DNA of 64,000 nt, from positions 5,629 through 69,628 of the forward strand of contig DAWDCC010000005.1 in NCBI GenBank assembly GCA_052355365.1. The letters are read 5' to 3'. This DNA is from Prevotella sp. Lineage in GTDB: Bacteria; Bacteroidota; Bacteroidia; Bacteroidales; Bacteroidaceae. The notes under the pieces were generated by a model. It was given only the letters and a program-made list of their open reading frames with translations, was not told the DNA's origin and did not search any database. Positions 55,201-64,000 of the stretch are shown piece after piece (within the stretch, counting starts at the first letter, position 1; every line of letters begins with the position of its first letter). The translations under genes and the position numbers were made by a program.

Positions 55201-56235
55201 GGCGAAGAAGCTGTGCTGGGTGGCACGCACGGCCATGCCCATGCGGTAAAAGCCGATCCACAGCGCGCCGAGATCATCGACATAGAGGCATTGCAGTGTG
55301 TTATCGGACAGCGAGCGGGAGTCTGTCGGGATGTTGAGCACATGGTCAACGATGTTGCCGGCCGCGTCGTACATGAGCAGCCCGTTGTGGTCTGTTGCCA
55401 GCAGCCCGTGTCCCTCCTGGTCCAGTGCGATGTCGTTGACCGGTCTGTCATAGACGAGTCGCCAGGCGTGTGTGCTGTGCTGATAGTAGTACACTTTGCT
55501 TTCTGCCCAAGCCCATCGGTTGCCTTGCTTGTCGCAGGTGGTACGATAGTGTTGGTCGGGCGTGGCGTCGTGGTCGGGGATGTAGTGGTCAGTCCATGCG
55601 ATCTTGCCGCTGCCGTGGTAGACCCACGCCATGGTACCGTTGTTATAGACCAGGCACAGTCCCCCCTTCTCTGCATGGATGGAGTTGATGTTGGTGAGTT
55701 GTCTTGCGCTTACCTTCATGGCTGTGGCGCGATGATGTTGGAAGTCGTAGTAGTAGAGTTTGTTAGGATTGATCGACAAAATCCAGAGATTACGCTTCCC
55801 GTCGGTGTCCATCTTCAGCAGGTGCCCGCTGACATGGTGCTGGTGCAACCATTGGTCAGTGTTTCTGTTGACCTGTTCAGTCTTGGGATTGAAACGGCAG
55901 TGACCGGCGGGCGTGTTGGCCCACAGTTGTCCTTCAGCATCTTCGTAGAGGTTGAGGATGTTGTTGTCGGGTAGTGTGTGAATGTTGTTGGGACTGGCAT
56001 GGAAGACGCGTATACGGAAGCCGTCATAGCGGTTGAGTCCTTGAGGTGTGCCTGCCCATATATATCCCTCGTGGCTTTTAATGATGCAGTTGACCTTGTT
56101 ATCCGACAGTCCGTCGTTGTATGTCAGTCGGAAGAAGTGCGGTACCTCATTCTGCGCTTGGGCAGTGATGACGCAGGTCAACAATAAAGTTAAAATCCAT
56201 AATGCCTTCAGTTGTTGATAACAATGCCGGTTCAT
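52228..56235 (-). CDS. Hybrid two-component system sensor kinase/response regulator with AraC-type HTH (HTCS)
   Basis: 1335 aa with a signal peptide, periplasmic beta-propeller/Y_Y_Y-type repeats and one TM helix. It then carries HisKA (FFTNISHELRTPLT), HATPase (GSGIGL), REC (LLLVDDN...DLVITDVMMP) and HTH_AraC (SSTRYFSRCFKDLYGYLPSKY). Confidence 0.92.
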   Translation of the reverse strand: MNRHCYQQLKALWILTLLLTCVITAQAQNEVPHFFRLTYNDGLSDNKVNCIIKSHEGYIWAGTPQGLNRYDGFRIRVFHASPNNIHTLPDNNILNLYEDAEGQLWANTPAGHCRFNPKTEQVNRNTDQWLHQHHVSGHLLKMDTDGKRNLWILSINPNKLYYYDFQHHRATAMKVSARQLTNINSIHAEKGGLCLVYNNGTMAWVYHGSGKIAWTDHYIPDHDATPDQHYRTTCDKQGNRWAWAESKVYYYQHSTHAWRLVYDRPVNDIALDQEGHGLLATDHNGLLMYDAAGNIVDHVLNIPTDSRSLSDNTLQCLYVDDLGALWIGFYRMGMAVRATQHSFFALMPLGDVCTMAQDHDGAIWLGTNDSGIEWYDLKKDVRHITMAQSGLGSDVVVTTLADRDGSLWFGAYQGGLAHLSKGKWTVYRQKNSAIAHDNVWALAQLRDGTIAIATLGAGLQQLDPKTGKFTTYNTRNSNLVSDYLSSLSVAPDGTLAIGHSQGVSLLRTGSRKFLNISQQGDRKGNQLTSLSVNQVLYDTSGRLWIANTSGLNVLEPREQLLNTVSLQSLNDQTEVCAIAEDHYHNIWATTSDGLKRISTKMRQGESQYPVTSYGRAGGLQNRLFNKRSILCLRDGRILVGGIDGVNIVLPWSVSQQQSKARLLFSGLSLFDHVVGVGDSVNGHVVLTESLNDCRKIVLGHDENTFTIQLATTLAGQQAQPHILYRLRGYESKWSAAPSNDPYVHFTSLAPGRYTLEVRMTNADGTPSPCIDQLKIVIRPPFYLQPWALVVYVLLLLLLVWDIRRRLRLRRINELQKMELRKQKEVEEAKIDFFTNISHELRTPLTLILSPLESMMRRQDYDATTLRQLRLIQRNARQLLMMVNKMLDLRRMMRGKEKIKLTTGDLISYIHELCEPFSALSDKGITLTFHADVAHLILPFDKGKIDRMVTNLLSNAYKFAPMEGRVDVSVSLNDQQQVLISVADNGPGVSDKDKPHLFERFYQAEDGKTHQGSGIGLNLTWEYAQMLGGTITVEDNKGGGALFTITLPVKDLKTEGEGYVQALDNDNTVPATIPAKSTGTANDNCRQQRSTLLLVDDNMDFLGFLSEELQANYRILKAENGKQALEVIHHDMPDLVITDVMMPVMDGNELCRKIKGSDKTHHLPVMVLTARLADENEIESRECGADDYIKKPFSMDLFRLHIDQLLKQGRIVDNGKVDPKISKTAITTQDEAFIDKATHYIEEHLSDSDLTVEQMSDDLAMSRVQLYRRVVSITGKTPSELIRLVRLRHAERLLVQSQLSISEIGYMVGFSSTRYFSRCFKDLYGYLPSKYKKNAE

Positions 56236-56542
56236 GTCAGATGTCTTATTGGTTGTAAAGATACAAAAATAGATTGAATTGACAAAAAATAGATTGCTGA
56301 ATAGTTAGAGGTTCCACTATTTATGCCATTCCCGGTCCCAATGGGGCTAAAGTATAGGTAGCCCCTGCCTGGCGAGGAACGGGTGCAGACCGGGGATGGG
56401 GGGAGTCTCTGTCTACTGCCAAGGTGAACTTGAAAGGTTACACGAGCATCTTATACGCTATGATCATGCTGGGAGCCTACGTGGAATTTTGTGGCAGAGT
56501 CTACTTTTCTCAGCGCGGCATATACATGTTTGTTTGTTGGAT

Positions 56543-56901
56543 AAACTGACATTTTTCCGCCCTCGTGGCTGCGATTTTCTGCACAAAGAAGTACTTTGCC
56601 CTGATTTTCGCGAATTTTAGGCGTTTTTTGATAAATTGTTGATATATAGATGATTACGAATGTTGTGGTTTGCTGGTTGACAAAAAGACGTACTTTGGCG
56701 ATGTTTTTCTTGCGTAGTAGTCCGGTCAAAGTACCTTTTTGTATATGTCATCTCGCCTTTCTGACCTCATCAGAAAGGCGAGATGACCAGGTCAGAAAGG
56801 CCTTTTGATAGTATCAGGAAGCCTTTCTGATGACATGGTCTCAGAATTTTGAGACCTTTTCCACGATTTTTTCGTTTTTCTCCACTTCCGCGCTCTCCAG
56901 A
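56543..56901. repeat. Copy B (inverted) of the structured intergenic repeat of about 350 bp seen at 14693-15029
   Basis: The reverse complement aligns block by block with copy A (see that entry). Internally it contains CATCTCGCCTTTCTGACCT / AGGTCAGAAAGGCGAGATG-type inverted and direct GTCAGAAAG units. Confidence 0.8.
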
Positions 56902-57003
56902 TTGAAAGCTGTCGGTGATGTGTTTTTGTTAATAACTTTTATTTGATGATTCTTACTCGCAGAAGACTTATTCAGCAATATTGCTCAGCTCCTCCTAAGT
57001 CCT

Positions 57004-57483
57004 TTACTGCGGATAAACCATGTTTACGTCTGTCATCTTCATGAGCACCTCGTCGAGGAACTTGCGGGCTTCCCAACGGGCCATCGGCAGGTCGTGGAGC
57101 AAGTAGTTGCCGCAGTCGCGAGGAGCGGCGCCGGGGACTTCCCCTTCGAAATCGGCGATGAAGCGGAACGTGCGCTGCATGAGCGGCACGATGTCTTTCG
57201 GTTCGAGGTCACCACGGAGCAAGAGATAGTTGCCCGTCAGGCAGCCCATCGGACCCCAGTAGATCACGCGGTCCTTCCACTCCTCGTCGTTTCTGAGGAA
57301 CGTGGCGGCGAGATGCTCGATGGTGTGCAGGGCACCGGCGTGGACCACCGGCTCGCGGTTAGGTTCTTTCATGCGTATGTCGAAGGTGGTGACCACCTCG
57401 TTGCCCACCTCGTCCTTGCGCGAGACATAGATGCCGCGCAGGAGTTTCTCGTGGTTGATGGTAAAAGATGGAATCTTATTCAT
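57004..57483 (-). CDS. luxS: S-ribosylhomocysteine lyase
   Basis: HTIEH metal-binding motif, 159 aa, directly downstream of mtnN. Confidence 0.93.
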   Translation of the reverse strand: MNKIPSFTINHEKLLRGIYVSRKDEVGNEVVTTFDIRMKEPNREPVVHAGALHTIEHLAATFLRNDEEWKDRVIYWGPMGCLTGNYLLLRGDLEPKDIVPLMQRTFRFIADFEGEVPGAAPRDCGNYLLHDLPMARWEARKFLDEVLMKMTDVNMVYPQ

Positions 57484-57498
57484 GTGTTCTGTATGTGT

Positions 57499-58218
57499 TT
57501 ATGCTTTCGTGTTATCGTCGCTCTCAGCGAGTTTCTTGAGGAAGTCGCGCGTCATCTCGAAGCTGCCCTCGGCCATTCGGTTCCAGAAATCGAAGTACTG
57601 CGAGGCATTGGTGTCCTTGAGTGGCACGTCGCTGATGATGCGGAACGAGATGAACGGTGTCTTATAGATGAAGCAAGTCTGGGCGATGGCACAGCTCTCC
57701 ATGTCCACAGCCGTGGCATTGGGGAAGTGCTCCATGATGGCCTGCATCTTCTCGCGCTTGTCGACAAACCAGTCGCCGCTGACAGTGAGACCCTTGACGA
57801 CCTTCGAGCCTTCAGCCATCTTGATGCTTAAGGCCGTCTCGACGAGGTCCTTAGGTGTCTTGAAACGGGTGGGCATGCCCATGACCTGACCATAGGCGAC
57901 GTCGTTGCCGCAGTAGACATCGTGGTAGACACACTCCGAGGCCACGACCACATCGAGCGGGTTGAGAGCGACATCGGCACCGCCGGCGCAGCCCGTGGAG
58001 ATGACCAAGTCAGGCGCGTAGTTGTCGATCATCTCCACGGCGCCAATGGCAGCATTGACTTTGCCAATGCCACACTGTTGCATGATGATCTCGGTCTGAC
58101 CAATATATCCTCGGATGAAATCCTTGTGATGATGACGCTCGGTTTGCGTCTCGTCGAGCAATGTCTTGAGTTGCGTGAACTCCTTGTCCATTGCGACAAT
58201 GATGCCAATCTTTTTCAC
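57499..58218 (-). CDS. mtnN: 5'-methylthioadenosine/S-adenosylhomocysteine nucleosidase
   Basis: PNP_UDP_1 fold (KIGIIVAMDKE, VISTGCAGG, VDMESCAIAQ). The apparent start codon is GTG. A TAACTTTG box lies on the minus strand at 58282-58289. Confidence 0.88.
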   Translation of the reverse strand: MKKIGIIVAMDKEFTQLKTLLDETQTERHHHKDFIRGYIGQTEIIMQQCGIGKVNAAIGAVEMIDNYAPDLVISTGCAGGADVALNPLDVVVASECVYHDVYCGNDVAYGQVMGMPTRFKTPKDLVETALSIKMAEGSKVVKGLTVSGDWFVDKREKMQAIMEHFPNATAVDMESCAIAQTCFIYKTPFISFRIISDVPLKDTNASQYFDFWNRMAEGSFEMTRDFLKKLAESDDNTKA

Positions 58219-58351
58219 TTATCGATGATTTTTGTTAGTCTCTGTGCTCGCAAGTTCGTGGGCGAGTGCAGAAATGCGATGCAAAGTTACAAAAAAAAGG
58301 TATTATGGCGACTTTTAACGTCTGCTTTTTAACTATCAGCGAAAAAATATG

Positions 58352-58359
58352 TAACTTTG
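58352..58359 (+). promoter_or_regulatory. -7 promoter box (TAACTTTG) upstream of the YfhO-family gene
   Basis: Matches the TAnnTTTG consensus, 36 nt upstream of the ATG at 58395. Confidence 0.45.
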
Positions 58360-58394
58360 CCCATAGAATATAAACGTTTATAGAATATTATGTT

Positions 58395-60887
58395 ATGGAA
58401 ACATTGAAGAAATGGTTGCCGGACATCTTGGCCATCCTCCTCTTTGCCGTCATCGGCTTTGTCTACTTCATGCCTGCTGACATCGACGGCAGAGTCCTCT
58501 ACCGCGAAGACTCCTCGGCAGGTCGCGGACTCGGTCAGGAGAGCAAGCTCTATCTCGAAAAGACCGGCGAGCGCACCCGCTGGACCAATTCCGCCTTCAG
58601 CGGAATGCCCACCTATCAGGTCTCGCCGTCCTATACCTCGACCAACTTCTTGGGCAAGATGGAGAATGCCTACCACCTGTGGCTGCCTGAAAACGTGTGG
58701 TATGTCTTTGCCTATCTCTTGGGCTTCTACATCCTGCTGCGCGCCTTCGACTTCAAGCAGTATCTCGCTGTGCTGGGCTCCATCCTTTGGGCTTTCTCCA
58801 GCTATTTCTTCATCATCATTGCCGCAGGCCATATCTGGAAGGTCATGGCACTGGCCTATCTGCCGCCGATGATTGCCGGCATTGTGCTGTGCTACCGCGG
58901 CAAATATCTGTGGGGCTTGATCGTCACGGCCATCTTCACCGCCTTTGAGATCAATGCCAACCATGTGCAGATGACCTACTACTATCTTTTCATCATCCTC
59001 TTCATGGTCATCGCCTGGCTCGTCATGGCCATCCGTGACAAGAAGTTGCCGCAGTTTGTCAAGGGCTCGGTGGTCTGTGCCGTCGGTGCCCTGCTCGGCG
59101 TGCTGATCAACATCTCCAACCTCTATCACACGTGGGAATATACCAAGGAGAGCATGCGTGGAAAGAGCGAACTGGTGAAGAAAAATTCCGGCAACCAGAC
59201 CAGCAGCGGACTCGACCGTGACTATATCACGCAGTGGAGCTACGGCATCGGAGAGACATGGACGCTGCTCGTGCCCAATACCAAGGGCGGCGCCTCCGTG
59301 CCACTGGCGCAGAACGCCAAGGCCATGGAGAAAGCCGATCCCAACTTCATGCAGATCTATCAGCAGATGGGACAGTACTGGGGTGACCAGCCTATGACAA
59401 GTGGGCCGGTGTATGTCGGTGCCTTTGTGCTGATGCTGTTTATCTTAGGTCTGTTCATCGTGAAAGGGCCGATGAAGTGGGCATTGCTCGGCGCCACCAT
59501 CCTGAGCATCCTGCTCTCGTGGGGCCGCAACTTCATGGGCTTCACCAATTTCTTCCTCGACTACATCCCGATGTACGCCAAGTTCCGCACGGTGGCTTCC
59601 ATCCTCGTCATCGCCGAGTTCACGATTCCGTTGCTCGCCATGATGGCTTTGAAGAAGATCGTCGACGAGCCGGAGATCCTCAAGACCAAGATACGCTGGG
59701 TGTGGGCGAGCTTTGCGCTGACCGGCGGCATCGCACTGCTCTTCTGGCTGATGCCTTCGGTGTTCTTCACCGACTATATCTCAGCACAGGAAAACCAGGC
59801 CTTGGCACAGATCCCGGCTGAATATCTCGGCCCGCTGAAATCCAATCTGACCGCCATCCGCGAGTATATCTTCAGTTCCGATGCCCTGCGCTCGTTTATC
59901 GTCGTGGCTCTCGGCATGGCACTTCTCATGCTCTATAAGTATAAGAAGCTCAACGCCAAGCTGCTCGTGTGCTGCGTGACGGTGCTCTGCCTCGTGGATA
60001 TGTGGCAGGTCAACAAGCGCTATCTCAACGACGGCATGTTTGTAGAGGCCAGCGTGCGCAACAGCGACCAGCCGATGACAGCCACCGACCGACAGATCCT
60101 CAAGGACAAGGGACTCGACTATCGTGTGCTGAACCTTGCGACAAGTACGTTCAACGAGAACGAGACCTCTTATTATCACAAGAGTATCGGCGGTTATCAT
60201 CCTGCCAAGCTGCGCCGCTATCAGGAGATGATCGACGCCTATATTGCTCCTGAGATGCAGAAGATGATGCCTGCCATCTCGAAGGCCGGCGGCGACATGA
60301 CCAAGGTCGACGGATCGAAAGAGTGGCCTGTACTGAACATGCTCAACGCCAAATACTTCATCCTGCCCTTGCAGAGCGGACAGACCGTGCCCTTGCAGAA
60401 TCCCTATGTGCAGGGCAACGCGTGGTTTGTGGATAAGGTTGACTATGTCGACAACGCCAACCAGGAGATCGACCGTGTAGGAAAGATCGACCTGCACCAT
60501 GAGGCTGTCGCCGACAAGAAGTTCAGTGAGCAACTCGGTAATGCCGTCAAGCAGGACGGCACCTCCATGGCGGTCATCAAGAGCTACGAGCCCAACCACC
60601 TGACCTATGAGGTCAACTCCGACAAGGGCGGCGTGCTCGTGTTCTCTGAGATCTATTATCCCGAGTGGACAGCAACCGTCGACGGACAGAAGGCTGAGCT
60701 GGGACGCGTGAACTATATCCTGCGCGCCTTGAACGTGAAGCCGGGTAAGCATGAGGTCGTCCTTGACTTCCACCCCGCTTCCATCCGCACGACCGAGACG
60801 CTGGCCTACTTCTCTTATGGCATCCTCGCCCTGCTGATTGCAGCCGGAGCCTTTATGGAGCGCCACAAGAACAAGGAAAAGGAATAA
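58395..60887 (+). CDS. YfhO-family polytopic membrane protein (putative glycosyltransferase)
   Basis: 830 aa with many TM helices in the N-terminal 500 aa and a soluble C-terminal domain. This architecture is typical of Bacteroidota YfhO-family proteins. Confidence 0.7.
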   Translation: METLKKWLPDILAILLFAVIGFVYFMPADIDGRVLYREDSSAGRGLGQESKLYLEKTGERTRWTNSAFSGMPTYQVSPSYTSTNFLGKMENAYHLWLPENVWYVFAYLLGFYILLRAFDFKQYLAVLGSILWAFSSYFFIIIAAGHIWKVMALAYLPPMIAGIVLCYRGKYLWGLIVTAIFTAFEINANHVQMTYYYLFIILFMVIAWLVMAIRDKKLPQFVKGSVVCAVGALLGVLINISNLYHTWEYTKESMRGKSELVKKNSGNQTSSGLDRDYITQWSYGIGETWTLLVPNTKGGASVPLAQNAKAMEKADPNFMQIYQQMGQYWGDQPMTSGPVYVGAFVLMLFILGLFIVKGPMKWALLGATILSILLSWGRNFMGFTNFFLDYIPMYAKFRTVASILVIAEFTIPLLAMMALKKIVDEPEILKTKIRWVWASFALTGGIALLFWLMPSVFFTDYISAQENQALAQIPAEYLGPLKSNLTAIREYIFSSDALRSFIVVALGMALLMLYKYKKLNAKLLVCCVTVLCLVDMWQVNKRYLNDGMFVEASVRNSDQPMTATDRQILKDKGLDYRVLNLATSTFNENETSYYHKSIGGYHPAKLRRYQEMIDAYIAPEMQKMMPAISKAGGDMTKVDGSKEWPVLNMLNAKYFILPLQSGQTVPLQNPYVQGNAWFVDKVDYVDNANQEIDRVGKIDLHHEAVADKKFSEQLGNAVKQDGTSMAVIKSYEPNHLTYEVNSDKGGVLVFSEIYYPEWTATVDGQKAELGRVNYILRALNVKPGKHEVVLDFHPASIRTTETLAYFSYGILALLIAAGAFMERHKNKEKE

Positions 60888-60916
60888 TACGTTTTACACC
60901 TTATTATATATAGCAA

Positions 60917-61702
60917 TTGATCAGATCATTGTTTTTCGACATCGACGGTACGCTGGTGAGCTTTCGCACGCATCGCATCCCGCAAGCAACCGTCGACGCA
61001 CTCACTGAGGCGAAGGCCCGTGGCGTGAAGATTTTCATCTCCACGGGCCGGCCTATACAGTTTATCACCAATCTCTCGCAGATCGAACATCTCATCGATG
61101 GCTACATCACGACCAATGGCGCCTACTGCTTTGTGGGCGAGGACACCGTCAGTCGTCATGCTATTGATCCTGCTGACGTGCAAAAGATCTTGCAGGCCTG
61201 CGGCCGTTTCGACCGGGCTGCCGTCGTCGTTGGGCAGAAGACCATTGCCGTCTATAACCGTCAGCCCATCGTGGACAAGGCGTTCGGCGAGGGGCTGGGG
61301 CTGACAGACATCGACTTTGATGAGCTCAGTAACGTGCTCCGGCAGGACATCCTGCAGGTGACGCCGTTCATCACGGACGAGGAAGAGACTCAACTCATGC
61401 CCATGATTCCCCATTGCGTCGGTGCCCGTTGGACCAAGGAGTTCGTCGACATCACGCAGGAAAATGCCGATAAGGGCAAAGGACTCGTGGCGATGGCGGC
61501 CTATGAGCACTTTGGCATTGACGAGACGATAGCCTTTGGTGATGGTGGCAATGACATCCCCATCATCCGGCAGGCCGGTATCGGCGTGGCAATGGGCAAT
61601 GCCACCGACAACGTCAAGGCTGTGGCTGACTACATCACCACGGCTGTTGACGACGAGGGCGTGAAGAATGCACTCATACATTTTGGCGTCATCAAAGGCT
61701 GA
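60917..61702 (+). CDS. Cof-type HAD-IIB family hydrolase
   Basis: FFDIDGTL, STGRP and GDGGND motifs. No in-frame ATG lies upstream of motif I, so a TTG start at 60917 is implied. Confidence 0.85.
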   Translation: MIRSLFFDIDGTLVSFRTHRIPQATVDALTEAKARGVKIFISTGRPIQFITNLSQIEHLIDGYITTNGAYCFVGEDTVSRHAIDPADVQKILQACGRFDRAAVVVGQKTIAVYNRQPIVDKAFGEGLGLTDIDFDELSNVLRQDILQVTPFITDEEETQLMPMIPHCVGARWTKEFVDITQENADKGKGLVAMAAYEHFGIDETIAFGDGGNDIPIIRQAGIGVAMGNATDNVKAVADYITTAVDDEGVKNALIHFGVIKG

Positions 61703-61808
61703 AAACAATACTTTTGGGATGCATACATATTGAAAATAACGTGAAAACGATGCTTCTTTAAGAAAAAAACAGTAATTTTGCGAGTAATATCATTAGATTA
61801 GGACATAC

Positions 61809-62273
61809 ATGGAAAAACTTGTTATCAATTCCTTGGAGGAGTTTGCTTCTCACGAGGGACAACAATTAGGTATATCAGAATGGCTACAGGTGGACCAAGA
61901 CCGCATCAACCAGTTCGCCGATGCTACACTCGATCATCAGTGGATCCACGTTGATGTGGAGCGCGCCAAGAAGGAAAGCCCCTATAAGAGCACGATCGCC
62001 CATGGCTATCTGACCCTCTCGCTGCTGCCCTATCTGTGGGGACAGATCATCGAGGTGAACAATCTGAAGATGATGGTCAACTATGGTATGGACAAGATGC
62101 GCTTTGGCATACCCGTCATCACCGGCAGCCGTATCAGACTGAATGCCAAGCTCAACAAGATCGAAAACCTGCGTGGCATCTGCAAGGCTTATATCGGCTT
62201 TAAGATAGAAGTGGAAGGTCAACGTAAGCCCGCACTGCAGGGCGAGGCTCAGTTCCTCTATTATTTTGAATAG
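61809..62273 (+). CDS. MaoC-family (R)-specific enoyl-CoA hydratase/dehydratase
   Basis: 154 aa hot-dog fold with the motif DHQWIHVD...IAHGYLTLSL. A TAATTTTG box lies at 61773-61780. Confidence 0.82.
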   Translation: MEKLVINSLEEFASHEGQQLGISEWLQVDQDRINQFADATLDHQWIHVDVERAKKESPYKSTIAHGYLTLSLLPYLWGQIIEVNNLKMMVNYGMDKMRFGIPVITGSRIRLNAKLNKIENLRGICKAYIGFKIEVEGQRKPALQGEAQFLYYFE

Positions 62274-62276
62274 ATC

Positions 62277-62465
62277 ATGGATCATTTACCTAAAGACCCG
62301 GCAATGCTCGTCTCGGCAGTGAACATGCTGTTGCGCGACGAAGAGTTTGACTCGCTGTCAGAGCTTTGTTATTGTTTCAATTGTGAACCGGCCCATCTCA
62401 AACACTATCTTGCTGAGCATGGCTTCTCATGGAATGAACATCAGAAGCAGTTCAAGGAGTGCTGA
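62277..62465 (+). CDS. DUF4250-family small protein
   Basis: 62 aa. The pattern LPKDPAMLVSAVNMLLRDE...L..LC matches what I recall of DUF4250. It starts 3 nt after the MaoC stop. Confidence 0.6.
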   Translation: MDHLPKDPAMLVSAVNMLLRDEEFDSLSELCYCFNCEPAHLKHYLAEHGFSWNEHQKQFKEC

Positions 62466-62525
62466 CCGATGTGTCTGCAGGAGATGGACTGAAGATTTCA
62501 ACGTTTTCTTAATTCGGAATTATTT

Positions 62526-64000
62526 ATGTGTGGAATAGTAGGATACATTGGCCAGCGTAAGGCCTATGACATATTGATTGGCGGACTCCACCGTCTGGAA
62601 TACCGTGGCTACGATTCTGCCGGTGTGGCACTGATCAATGCCGAGGACCAACTCAATGTCTACAAGGCCAAGGGTAAGGTCGCTGACTTGGAGACGGCTG
62701 CCGCCGGCAAGGACTGCTCGGGCACGGTGGGTATCGCACATACCCGTTGGGCTACTCACGGAGAGCCTTCGGTGCGCAATGCCCACCCGCATGTGTCGGA
62801 CTCCGGCAACATTGTCATTGTGCACAATGGCATCATAGAGAACTATGGCATCCTGCGCAAGCAGCTCGCCGAGAAGGGTTTCACCTTCAAAAGTGAGACA
62901 GATACCGAGGTGCTCGTGCAACTCATTCAGTATGCTCAGGACAAGCATAAGTGCTCACTGGCCGAAGCTGTGCGCCACGCACTGAACAAATGCATCGGTG
63001 CCTATGCCATCGCCGTGCTCGACCGCCGCGATCCCAATACGCTGGTGGCTGCCCGCAAAGGCTCACCGCTCGTCGTGGGCATCGGTAAGGACAACAGCGA
63101 GTTCTTTGTCGCCTCAGACGCTACGCCGATCGCTGGCTATACCCAGAAGGTCGTCTACCTCGATGATGAGCAGATCGTCGTGTGTCGGCCTGGCAAGGAA
63201 CTGCAGATCATCGACTTGAAAAACCAGAAGGTGGATGTCAGCGTCAAGCAGATCGATATGGATCTCGACATGCTCGACCGTGGTGGCTTCCCCCATTTCA
63301 TGCTCAAGGAGATCTTTGACCAGCCACGTTGTCTGCGTGACTGCATGAGCGGCCGCCTCTTCAACGACAAGGTCATCCTGTCGGCTGTGCGCAACAACCG
63401 TGCCCGTCTGCTCTCAGCCACACGCTTCATCATTGTGGCCTGCGGCACGAGTTGGCACGCCGGACTCATCGGCAAGCAGCTCATCGAACACTATTGCAAG
63501 ATTCCCGTGGAGGTGGACTATGCCTCGGAGTTTCGTTATCGCGACCCCGTGATCCTGCCTACCGACGTGGTCATCGCCATCTCGCAGAGTGGTGAGACTG
63601 CCGACACGCTGGCTGCCATCAAGTTGGCCAAGGAGCGTGGCGCGTTTATCTTTGGCATCGTCAACGCCGTCGGCTCCAGTATCGCACGTGAGACCGACAC
63701 CGGTATCTATATCCACGTAGGTCCGGAGATCGGCGTGGCCTCGACAAAAGCATTCACCGGTCAGCTCACCTGTCTGACGTTGCTCGCCCTGGCACTCGCC
63801 AACGCCAAAGGTACTGTCGGACACGATGAGTTCATCAGCCTCACGAAAGAGCTGGGTCAGATTCCTGACAAGATCGACAAGATGCTTAAGGAGAACGACT
63901 GTGTCAGGCAGTTGGCCCGCACCTATACTTACGCTACCAACTTCCTTTACCTCGGTCGTGGATGGAACTATCCCGTGGCATTGGAGGGAGCACTGAAGTT
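62526..64000 (+). CDS. glmS: Glutamine--fructose-6-phosphate aminotransferase (isomerising), 5' part (3' end lies outside the window)
   Basis: Absent from the ORF track because no stop codon falls in the window. Hand translation gives MCGIVGYIGQRKAYDILIGGLHRLEYRGYDSAGVA...HTRWATHGEP...SQSGETADTLAA... Confidence 0.93.
   Translation, partial: MCGIVGYIGQRKAYDILIGGLHRLEYRGYDSAGVALINAEDQLNVYKAKGKVADLETAAAGKDCSGTVGIAHTRWATHGEPSVRNAHPHVSDSGNIVIVHNGIIENYGILRKQLAEKGFTFKSETDTEVLVQLIQYAQDKHKCSLAEAVRHALNKCIGAYAIAVLDRRDPNTLVAARKGSPLVVGIGKDNSEFFVASDATPIAGYTQKVVYLDDEQIVVCRPGKELQIIDLKNQKVDVSVKQIDMDLDMLDRGGFPHFMLKEIFDQPRCLRDCMSGRLFNDKVILSAVRNNRARLLSATRFIIVACGTSWHAGLIGKQLIEHYCKIPVEVDYASEFRYRDPVILPTDVVIAISQSGETADTLAAIKLAKERGAFIFGIVNAVGSSIARETDTGIYIHVGPEIGVASTKAFTGQLTCLTLLALALANAKGTVGHDEFISLTKELGQIPDKIDKMLKENDCVRQLARTYTYATNFLYLGRGWNYPVALEGALK

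Noticed and set aside
56300-56540. Possible housekeeping ncRNA (tmRNA, RNase P RNA, SRP RNA, 6S) in the long HTCS-luxS spacer
   Set aside because: I looked for tmRNA ends (GGGGCUGA...CCACCA), the RNase P GAGGAAAGUCC box and the SRP GGAAG/AGCA motif, and found none. Only a short GGGGCTA/TAGCCCC hairpin is present.

Overview
The window looks like a Bacteroidota chromosome segment, probably Prevotella-like. That assignment is inferred from a SusC/SusD pair, T9SS C-terminal sorting tails, TAnnTTTG -7 promoter boxes and GC-rich coding sequence. Most of it is core housekeeping.

Gene content, left to right:
- 3' end of a phospho-sugar mutase.
- A nonsense-interrupted HUH/Y1 (IS200/RAYT-like) transposase-family gene.
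- The minus-strand operon leuA-leuC-leuD-(cimA-like)-leuB.
- dnaB, tRNA-Val(CAC), a small beta-barrel OMP and the membrane pyrophosphatase hppA.
- A Cof-type HAD hydrolase.
- A six-gene polysaccharide utilisation locus: SusC, SusD, two surface lipoproteins, GH5 and GH31.
- An MscS-family channel and a tiny lipoprotein.
- A low-GC islet holding a frameshifted AraC regulator and a T9SS-tailed protein of unknown function.
- ald and rubrerythrin.
- Two overlapping genes of unknown function, then nhaC, bcp and a truncated DUF486 gene.
- pssA, psd, dnaE, tsaE and trxA.
- A hybrid two-component sensor/regulator.
- luxS and mtnN.
- A YfhO-family membrane protein, a second Cof-type HAD hydrolase, a MaoC dehydratase and a DUF4250 protein.
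- The 5' part of glmS, which is open at the window end and therefore missing from the ORF track.

I found no CRISPR array, rRNA, recognisable defence system, prophage or complete IS element, and I cannot point to a clearly novel multi-gene system.

The items most worth a second look are:
1. A Leu/Ile-rich leader-peptide attenuator upstream of leuA.
2. An AraC gene switched off by a C8 homopolymer, lying next to a low-GC T9SS cargo gene.
3. A roughly 350-bp structured intergenic repeat present twice in inverted orientation, 42 kb apart.
4. The RAYT-like gene, with an in-frame TGA, in-frame coding minisatellites and flanking 21-bp tandem repeats.
5. A 340-bp homopurine tract upstream of dnaB.

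All functional calls come from reading motifs in the supplied translations. No database search was possible.
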